Shown: one piece after another, positions 42,678-50,659 of the stretch | Numbering within the stretch: position 1 is the stretch's first letter | Layout of the letters: every line of letters begins with the position of its first letter | Assembly: GCA_937625935.1 (NCBI GenBank) | Contig: OW569350.1 | Location: 310,001 to 374,000, forward strand | Source: Tetramitus jugosus | Lineage: Eukaryota > Protista > Heterolobosea | Length of the DNA: 64,000 nt | Direction of reading: 5' to 3' | Notes under the pieces: generated by a model | Database searches by the model: none | What the model was told of the DNA's origin: nothing | What the model saw: the letters and a program-made list of their open reading frames with translations, nothing else | Program-made: the position numbers and the translations under genes

Positions 42678-43104
42678 GGTAATGGATGAACAATCAATCG
42701 AGTAGTAGTTGTGGTGGTAGATGTGATGTTGTTGAGTCTTTTCGAAGTCAGAATTCTCATGATTAAGAACATGGTGGAAGCAAGTGTCCCGAATCGCAGT
42801 CGAGTTTGAGTGAGGACACAACAAACAAATTTGATGGGCTAAATAGAGCCCCTGTAGGTTGTCAAAGCCTGCTAGAGCCGTTCTGTTGTCGAAGTTTGAC
42901 GAATCCCTATTCGTTCATATACTATAAAAAGTGCGAACCTGAATCCCCCTGGAGCACAAAAAACGACTCACCCAACAAACGAAAGGACGCGCCAACAACA
43001 AAAATCATGATTCGCTAAAGTCTGAATGGGATTCGGGTTTCCATTTTCTCACCTGAAACGAAAGTGGGAATAATTTATTGTCTCTTAGTTGATGTGCGTT
43101 TCGT

Positions 43105-45375
43105 TTAGCATGGCAAGTCTTCAGGCTCGCATGATACGAATGCTTCGCATGCATAGAAGGCAGGCAAACCAAGATGGTTCAGAATGTCTGCAGTTTGAGT
43201 GTTTCTGTCCTGAGCACGCTCATAAAACTCTCTTGGATCATTGCCTGGGTACAGGGCAGTGTGCTTTTGAGATTGATGCATGTAGATGCTTTGAATCTTT
43301 GTGTTCATTTCAGCTCTGCTCATTGGCAAGAAGACATGAGTCTCATGTGGTTCAAACTCTTGCCATGCGCCTCTGTACAGCCAAACCTTCATCTTTCCTT
43401 CAGTGTGTTCATTGCGCTTCTCCGCAGGATACAACTCCTCCAGTGCTTGCTTAATAGCAAAGTAGCAACATCTGTGAGTACCGTGCGGATCAGTCAAATC
43501 TGCGGCAACAAAAATATGCTTTGGATTCTCCTTGATCAACAGATCCTTCACCATTTCGACGTCCTTGTGCGACAATGGATTCTTTTCGACCTTTCCAGTA
43601 TGGTAGAATGGCAAGTCCAAAAAGATGCAGTCTCTGTCACCGTTCATACCCAACTTTTCAACAGCGTTCATTGCTTCAGATCTTCTGATGTTACCCTTCA
43701 ACTTTTGTCTGACTTCAGAGTCGACGAATTCAGAGTTGTTTGCGTTGGATTCTCTGTCAGGACCGAACAATGTCTGATCAATCAAGTGCTGCAAGTTGAG
43801 CTTGAGACCATCAGGTGTCACATATTCAGTTGCCATCAAGTTTGCAAATCGCAAGTGATATCTCAAGACATTGTCAGCAACAGCAACAGAACCGTTGGTC
43901 ATGTACACAGCTCTAATACCACAATCGACACTGCTGTCATTAGCAAGGTTTGGATTCTGTTCCTTGAGGGCCTGTCTTCTCACCTTGACCAATCGACTCA
44001 TCAATCCTCCCATACAAATGACATCATCATCTGGATGAGGAGAGAAGATCAATACCTTTTCTGATGGATCACAAGGAATCAACTGCTTTTGATTCTTTTG
44101 CAGTGTAATTCTTCCGAGCAAGTTCTCAAAAATTTCTCTGCACAGAGAATCAATTTCACCTCGACTGTAGATGATGAGCGACGATAGCTCATGCTCATAA
44201 AAATCATTTTCGGTCAAATCGCAAATTGGCTTCTTTGAGTGCAGAGCACAGTAGATGATGGCCTTCTTTCTGTGCTCAAAATTGGACCAAAATTGATTCA
44301 AGTCTTGATCAGGTCCCAGTGCGATCCATGGACATTGAACACGCTTCAAGCTCAAACCAGCAGCCTCATCCACATAGAAGGTAGCATTCTTGTGAATTCT
44401 GAGGAATGCAGCAGGACATTCGGAGGGACTAGACAACTTATCTTCCAAAGCCTTCTTCACAATGGCCATCTTGTTCTCACCTGTTGCAATCAAAATAATT
44501 TCTCTGCAGTCCATCACAGTTCCCGTTCCCATTGTAATGGCCTTGTGAGGAACATTGACCTCTCCACCAAAAGCAGATGCAGCATCAACACCTATTCAGA
44601 TTATTCAGTCAATAATTAACACAAACAGAAATGATAAATTAGTTATCCTCCTACTAGAGAGAAGAAGAGGAAGTGGGAAGAAAGAGAGACACATACGAGT
44701 GGTGTTGTGCAAAGCAACCATTCTAGTTCTATCGGACAATAGACTTGGTGGTTCATTGAATCCAATGTGTCCTGTTCTACCAATACCAACCAATGCCAAA
44801 TCAATGCCACCAAAGGATTGAATCTTTGCTTCATAATCCAAACAGAATGCCTCTACTTGATCAATTGGCAATGTACCATCAGGAATATGAATGTTTTCTC
44901 TTGGGATGTCAACATGCTTGAAGAATGTGTCATTCATAAACTTGTGATACGAGTTTTTGTCTGTTGGTGGCATTGGATAATACCTACAAACAACAACAAG
45001 TTAGCGGATGACGCCAAAAAAAAATTCATCATGTTAGCTTTCATCACAACACAGTAACAACCAACTGAACAACAATATCAACAAACAAGCAAAGAAAGCT
45101 AATAAGCTAAAAAATACTTACTCATCAAGATTGAATGTAATGACATTGTAGAATGAGAGACCTTCTTCCTTGTGCAATCGAATCAACTCTCTGTATGTGC
45201 TCACAGGTGTGCTACCAGTTGGCAAACACAACACAACCTTCTCATTCTTGGCTTGTCTGTCGCGAATCAGTGTTGCAACACGCAAAGCAACAGCTTTGGC
45301 GATATCAGATGGAGACTTGTAAATGAGAACGTTCTTGGAGGTGTAGTTGATTTGGTTCAGAGCTGAGATGTCCAT
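43105..45375 (-). CDS. nagB: Glucosamine-6-phosphate deaminase fused to PIG-L/LmbE-like domain; introns 44984-45121 and 44592-44696
   Basis: LPTGSTP, TFNLDE|[27 protein letters not shown]-terminal [31 protein letters not shown]. Spliced frames join cleanly. Confidence 0.92.
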
Positions 45376-45645
45376 TCCTGCAAAGTGAAGATGATGATTT
45401 TTGGTTGTTTGAGGGTGTTCGGTTTTTTTTCACAAGGTTTTCCGGCGGAATATCCAACGCTTGATCAAATGTGAAGTGGGCCTGGAATTTTTCATGTGAA
45501 ACGTCATTGACGGCATAGAACAGGAGCAATCACCCACGTACTTTTTCTGGCGTTCCTGTCACTTTTAACTTTTCTTCCTCTTGGTGTTGCACGAACCGTG
45601 TCCAGATAATCTTTTCTGGGCTAGGAGATTACAAAATGGAAAGCA

Positions 45646-45917
45646 GGACGTATAGCTTAGAGGCAGAGCGAAGGATCAGGGGTTGCTTGCCAACGTCGCA
45701 TCCAACATTATCCTTAGACGTGTGTTCGACTCGCACTGTGTCCTGTTTTGCCTTAATCCCTTCGGTCCAGCAAGAACAAAAGGCTTTTAAGGCAATTTTC
45801 TTGGCTTTAATGGATGGCTAGGTGTGGATACCCCTCCTATTCACCCGTTCACGAATGTCTTGCTTTCTTTTCCGCCGCAACGTGGTGCGTGAGCACCATT
45901 TGTTGTATTAAAAAAAA
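45646..45917 (+). mobile_element. Candidate tRNA-derived SINE (tRNA-like head 45646-45744, structured body, LINE-like 3' tail)
   Basis: A box TAGCTTAGAGG and B box GTTCGACTC. Acceptor GGACGTA/TGTGTCC, D stem GCTT/GAGC, anticodon stem AAGGA/TCCTT around a 35-nt insert, T stem GTGTG/CGCAC. Tail gagcaccatttgttgtattaaaaaaaa matches the retroelement 3' motif. Confidence 0.6.
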
Positions 45918-45978
45918 CAACCGATTCTCCAGGCCATTGGTGATGTCTTGAACGGCGTCTGCATCCAGGACATACAGG

Positions 45979-46010
45979 TTTTTTTAATACAACCAGAGCA
46001 GTTGCGACGC
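45979..46010 (-). mobile_element. Minimal (about 30 bp) retroelement 3'-end insertion, copy C
   Basis: Reverse complement gcgtcgcaactgctctggttgtattaaaaaaa. Only a partial flanking repeat (acaggt). Confidence 0.55.
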
Positions 46011-46221
46011 TCGCACAGGTCTGAGGTTTTTTTTTTTTAAAACAACACGTAGTTGCTCACTTTATTGTGTATCATTCTTTCAAATAGTAGGGACTTTTTA
46101 ACTTTCAGTATTTTCCGTTCAGTTCCGTGTCCACCAGAGACAACCGGAAATTCCAGTAAAGTTTCGGTTCAGATCATCGTTTTTAAGTTTCAGGCGGAAT
46201 CTGAAAGTAAATTTGCTTTTA

Positions 46222-47250
46222 TTAAAAACTTGGTTCAAAGTAGCCCCAATCTCTCTTCAGATTGTACATACCGAGTGCAATAAAGATACAGGCCAACAAA
46301 CGGCGATCCCCATGATAGAACGAGTCTTCTTTGTTCACTGATCTGCATATCTTGAAATGGGCGTTCATATTTTCGATAATGACTTGCTCTCGCCTTGATA
46401 AAACATCGAATACACGTTGATCGTTGGTCTTTACCTGGCAAGGCTTGAAGCCGGGGACAACATAGCAAATGCCATAAAATCCTGGATCAGCAAGAGCGAA
46501 GGTATCACCATCGAGGATGTATTTGAAGAAATGGTTGTATGTTGCTGCGAGTGCATCATGAACACGTCCTGGTATCATGGTAACGAAGGCAACTACTCTG
46601 CCAGTGAAGTCTAGTAAAATTTGTGTTGATCTTCCATGCATATGATAGTGCCCATTGTATTGCACGCTTTGACGGGATCTTGGTCTTCTTGTTCTATGAA
46701 TGGTGTTGTCGATTACACATTTGATTTGAGGATGTAAACGACTGTGTTCGTCCGTGATGATTGCATTAGGAATATACTGACAAAAATACTCCACCAATCT
46801 TGGTAAGATTTCATCTAACACTTTCGTCACATAGCCTACAGAAACATTGAAAATAAAGGCAAGGTGTTTGTTTCCTTTGTATTGTATGACAAAGTGCAAC
46901 CCCATCAACACCTTGTTCTCAAATGAGAGCAACAGAGAGGAATCAATCAGTTCTTTTCTATGCTTCTCCATTCCATTAACAATCAAATCAAATTCGCTAT
47001 GGGTGATGAATAGGTATTCCTTAAACAAACTTGGTCGTTGGACAAATCTCTTGTAGACGTTATTATGCTTTAGTGTTTGTCTCTTTCTTTTGACTACTCC
47101 TCTGCCCATTCCTTTGTTGGTTAGTAACGCTTCCATCTCCCATCGAAAGGGGTAATCGATATGACTCTCAAAATTCAAAAAATTAACGTATGAAGGCAAA
47201 GTAAATCGATTGACACTGCGACATGTCGAATTCATCATGAGAGGAACCAT
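46222..47250 (-). CDS. DDE_Tnp_4 (Harbinger/HARBI1/ISL2-like) transposase with HTH
   Basis: HTH LAFIFNVSVGYVTK. Catalytic motifs CVIDNT, PGRVHD, LADPGF, SRREQVIIENMNAHFK. Confidence 0.9.
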   Translation of the reverse strand: MVPLMMNSTCRSVNRFTLPSYVNFLNFESHIDYPFRWEMEALLTNKGMGRGVVKRKRQTLKHNNVYKRFVQRPSLFKEYLFITHSEFDLIVNGMEKHRKELIDSSLLLSFENKVLMGLHFVIQYKGNKHLAFIFNVSVGYVTKVLDEILPRLVEYFCQYIPNAIITDEHSRLHPQIKCVIDNTIHRTRRPRSRQSVQYNGHYHMHGRSTQILLDFTGRVVAFVTMIPGRVHDALAATYNHFFKYILDGDTFALADPGFYGICYVVPGFKPCQVKTNDQRVFDVLSRREQVIIENMNAHFKICRSVNKEDSFYHGDRRLLACIFIALGMYNLKRDWGYFEPSF

Positions 47251-48146
47251 CAATTGGGGATATCGTTTTTTGATTGATTTGATTTCATCATATTCATTAT
47301 ATTCATCATCATCATCGTTTGCATTTGTCGATGCTCTCTTTCCTCTCTTAATAGTTGTTGCTGTTGCTGTTGCTGTTGTTCTTGCATTTTCAGCATCATG
47401 ACCATGAGCATATGGTGCATATCACTTCTGTCTTTTCTTTCTTCTCTCTGTTCTCTAATATCATTCAAAACTTCCCGATGTTGTTTCTCTTTCTGACGAA
47501 TTCGGTTGTTTCTGACTGCTTCCTTTCTGGTCATCTCATTTCCTCGTTCAGTGTAATCTTGTGAGGATGATATTTCGTCAGATTGAACAGTGTCAGCAAG
47601 TTGTTCCTCATCATAGCGATGCATATCCTCAGATCGTGGAGACAAAGTATGTTCAGATCTTGCATAGTTTTGAGAGCCATTTTCGACCTCCCGTTCCTCT
47701 TCATTTTCAAAGTTGTCGATCAGTTCCTCAGTATCCTCGCGTTCAGCATTCCTTGAGATTGTATCAACGATAGAAGCTCTCAACTTGGTACCTGATTTTG
47801 GATTCAAATGTCTATTTTTCTTAGTTCTCACATACTCAACATGATTCTTCAGATTCTTTTCGTCTCTCTTCAAAGCCTGAACTTTTTTGTCCTGCATTAT
47901 TGCTCTCCAATTGCCTTTGTAGTAAATGTATGCATCAACGATTACTTGTGATTCTTCAGTAGTCAAATTCTTCTTCCTTTTTCTTGCAGAAGTTGATGCA
48001 GGAGAAGGAGGTTCCTTCCTCTTTTGTGGTGTGGTTTGTGATGCTGATTGACTGTGTCTGGTATTGTACCTTTGACCTTGGCCTTCATCACTTGGATCTC
48101 CAAGTGATGGTGATGGTGGTGGTGATTGGGTGTGGTCGTCTGTCAT
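47250..48146 (-). CDS. Myb/SANT-like DNA-binding accessory protein of the Harbinger-type transposon
   Basis: NLS RKRKK, Myb-like LTTEESQVIVDAYIYYKGNWRAI...RDEKNLKNH and a C-terminal coiled coil. Lies inside the TIRs. Confidence 0.8.
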   Translation of the reverse strand: MTDDHTQSPPPSPSLGDPSDEGQGQRYNTRHSQSASQTTPQKRKEPPSPASTSARKRKKNLTTEESQVIVDAYIYYKGNWRAIMQDKKVQALKRDEKNLKNHVEYVRTKKNRHLNPKSGTKLRASIVDTISRNAEREDTEELIDNFENEEEREVENGSQNYARSEHTLSPRSEDMHRYDEEQLADTVQSDEISSSQDYTERGNEMTRKEAVRNNRIRQKEKQHREVLNDIREQREERKDRSDMHHMLMVMMLKMQEQQQQQQQQLLREEREHRQMQTMMMMNIMNMMKSNQSKNDIPN

Positions 48147-48352
48147 CTTGGTTGTTTTTTTATTTGAACAGAAGCCCTTTTTATTCAGATAACTTTCAGA
48201 TTACGTGGCCTCCGGAAAGTTAAAAAACGTTTACAAGTTTTCCTTTCCGTTCCGAAGAACTCCGTGGGTAAAAAGTCCCTAGTTTCTCTTATTCTCACTG
48301 TGCCGCTCGAAGAGCGGCACTTATCTTTCCTTTCAGTGACGCTCGGAGAGCG

Positions 48353-49471
48353 TTACTGCTGTTTGTAGTCTTTTGATTGCTGGTAGAGTGTGTGCAAAGT
48401 AGCGATGCAGCGACTCTTTACCCAACTAACAAAGCTTCGTGCCTTGCGATGGGCTAGTTCTAACTTCATTCCATTCTTCACCAATGCATCCACAACTTCG
48501 TCAAGAGCTTCACTCTCAATGCCCATCATTCCGGAGAGGTACTCCCGACTGGTCTTCCGGGATCTCGGGAGAAGTACCCCGTTTCTGAAAACTACCTTGT
48601 CAAACCACAAATTCACAGTCGACCCTCGATGCAATGGGAGTCTGAGCAGTTTGTTATAAACTTCCAACACAAGTTTTCGACGAGCATCGATTGCACACTT
48701 GCACCTGATCAGACAGTGAATGATGGTTTCGGACTCAGTGCCGCACCTTGGACACTGATCCGGTTTGTCATCATCATACAAATCATTACACACTGCTCTA
48801 GTATGTAATGTGCCGCTTCTGATCTGTGCATGGAACCATTCCAATTGACGATCTATCACAAAGGGGTTCTTGAAAAACTCGAATTGGTTCTTGTGCTCCA
48901 TTGCGGCAGATTGCAACCACCACTCTGGATATTGATCAATTGTGGCCTTTCGTTCCCTGAAGATCATTTCTTTAAGGTCATCTCGACCTCTGGCGTATTG
49001 TCCATTACATCGGATTATTTGCATAAACCCCTTTGAGGGATGTAAATCCTTACTCATACATTCTGGCATTGCCTTGACAGCGACTATCAACTCCTGATAA
49101 GTCTTTAGGCCGAATCCTCTGCCGATCTCAGTTTTTAGTGCCTCGAAACTTCTAACTTCGCCATCTTGCAGTAGTTGTTGCTTCTGATAGAGTCCCGCTC
49201 TGCTCAGTAACCTCAATTGTCGTGTTGTAAGGTAATTTGACAAATTACACCCCTCGCAACGACTATGAGAGTCATCAGTGATGATAATTCCTCTCTTGTG
49301 CAATCTAACAGCACACCATTTCATAAAGGAGTGTTTGACGCAGTTGATTCTGTGGTCCAATTGGAAGACGTTCTCCAATTGGAACGTGTATTGTTGCTTG
49401 ATATACTCAAGTGAGTCGTACCACAGAATCCTAGCATCCTCATCTCTCTTCCCTCTCATCATAGCCTTCAC
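48353..49471 (-). pseudogene. C-terminal fragment of retrotransposon ORF2 (zf-RVT CCHC zinc knuckle), copy A
   Basis: LHTRAV...CPRCGTESETIIHCLIRC, typical of the post-RT region of L1/Tx1-type elements. No internal stops. RT and endonuclease are absent because of 5' truncation. Confidence 0.8.
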
Positions 49472-49490
49472 AAACAGTGCTGTGCGTCGC

Positions 49491-50414
49491 TTTTTTTTTT
49501 TTTTTTTTATTTTTTAAATACAACCATTGGTTGCTCATTTTACTTCTTTGTTGATTCTCTGTATCGGTTTCGTGACGGCAGAATGCCGTCATTATTGATT
49601 CAAGTAGTTGCTAATGCTCGTAGAGCATTAGCAACCAGCAATCTCCTTTGAACTCGTGAAGAGGCGTCGCATCACCTCCACACATCTCCTCTTTGTATGA
49701 TCGACAAATTGTTGGGCCTTCTCCCTTGCCTTCTTCTTCTCTATTTCACTCTTCGTCAGTCCTTTGATCACTTGTTTCAATACCCAACATGCCAAGCATG
49801 TATTCCTTGCTAGTTTTCCTCCGCTTATTGACTAGTAATGCGCCGTTGCTCCATCGTTGGTTGTCGAACCACATGTCTACTCTTTGGTCCTTGTGAAGAC
49901 CCATTTTACTCAGCTTGGTGGAAACTTCCTTCACCAACAGCTTTCTGGCCATTATCGCCACCGGGCATCTAACGAGACAATGTAACACCGTTTCCTGTTC
50001 AAATTTGCATTTGGGACATAGCGTATCCATGTCCACTACTCCATAGAGATGTTGGACAACGGCCTTAGTGTGAATTGTGTGACTTTTCACCTGAGCCACA
50101 AACCATTCCAGTGCACGGTCGACCCTGAAAGGGCATCTCATAAATTTAAAATCTACAGCACCTCCTAAACACTTAGAATGTATCCACCATACCTTCTCCT
50201 CTTTCACCCTATCCCTATGTCGTCGCAAGAAGACTCGCCACAACTGTTCCTTCTCTACGACCTCAAAACTATCATTGTACATTAACCTTGGGGTAGTGTC
50301 GGCTGAATGCTCGTGATTTCCATTGCACTGTAGCATTTCAAGGTCACTTGTCAAGTACTTGTATCTGCGAGAACTAATTCCAAAATTTCCATGCCTTTTG
50401 ACCAATTCGCTATG
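49491..50414 (-). mobile_element. 5'-truncated non-LTR retrotransposon copy B, 15-bp TSD
   Basis: Long poly(A) at 49491-49515. TSD AGTGCTGTGCGTCGC at 49476-49490 and 50415-50429. Encodes IHTKAV...CPKCKFEQETVLHCLVRC. A small frameshifting deletion lies after GMLGIET, and the native stop is at 49628-49630. Confidence 0.92.
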
Positions 50415-50470
50415 AGTGCTGTGCGTCGCACAGGTCTGAGGCCTTTTTTCATTTTTTCTATATAATAACA

Positions 50471-50541
50471 GCATCTGTAGTGTAGGGGTATCATGCAGCG
50501 TTGCCATCGCTGCGACCCGGGTTCGAATCCCGGCAGATGCA
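50471..50541 (+). tRNA. tRNA-Gly(GCC)
   Basis: GCATCTG acceptor pairs with CAGATGC. Anticodon arm CAGCG-TTGCCAT-CGCTG. GGTTCGAATCC T arm. T5 terminator. Confidence 0.96.
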
Positions 50542-50659
50542 TTTTTGCTCAACTTTTGGACCAAAACGCCAACAAAAATGCTCATGAAAGTATGTTGTCT
50601 TCTTCCTTCTCGAATTTCACTTTGATCCACCAGAAAAACTAACAACCAACATCAATATC

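Larger units (their letters stand above)
46089..48280 (-). mobile_element. PIF/Harbinger-superfamily (PHIS) DNA transposon, 2192 bp, apparently intact
   Basis: 12-bp TIRs AGGGACTTTTTA (46089-46100) and TAAAAAGTCCCT (48269-48280). 3-bp TSD AGT (46086-46088, 48281-48283). Repeated subterminal TTC(A/C)G motifs. Two uninterrupted ORFs. Confidence 0.9.
46027..49486 (-). mobile_element. 5'-truncated non-LTR retrotransposon copy A (interrupted by a DNA transposon), 16-bp TSD
   Basis: Poly(A) at 46027-46038. TSD TCGCACAGGTCTGAGG at 46011-46026 and 50426-50441. The 3' UTR is continuous once the insertion at 46089-48280 is removed. Confidence 0.9.

Noticed and set aside
42936-43039. 11/12-bp inverted repeat AACCTGAATCCC / GGGATTCGGGTT as a MITE
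   Set aside because: Short, imperfect, no TSD and no second copy in the window.
43174-44064. Long antisense ORFs (296 aa here, also 15108-15617, 16990-17472, 39463-39984)
   Set aside because: Shadow frames of well-conserved genes on the opposite strand, with no motifs of their own.
45646-45744. Calling the tRNA-like head a functional intron-containing tRNA-Pro(AGG)
   Set aside because: It would need C33 instead of U33, the body lacks tRNA-Pro identity features, and there are many G:T pairs. Kept only as a tRNA-derived element.
46088-48281. Alternative reading of the DNA transposon as GGG...CCC with a TA TSD (Tc1/mariner-like)
   Set aside because: The transposase is DDE_Tnp_4 with a Myb partner, and a 3-bp AGT duplication fits that superfamily better. 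Not fully excluded without other copies.
50415-50645. N-terminal part of track ORF 49746..50645
   Set aside because: It runs antisense through tRNA-Gly and the TSDs. Only the part inside copy B (up to 50414) is retroelement coding sequence.
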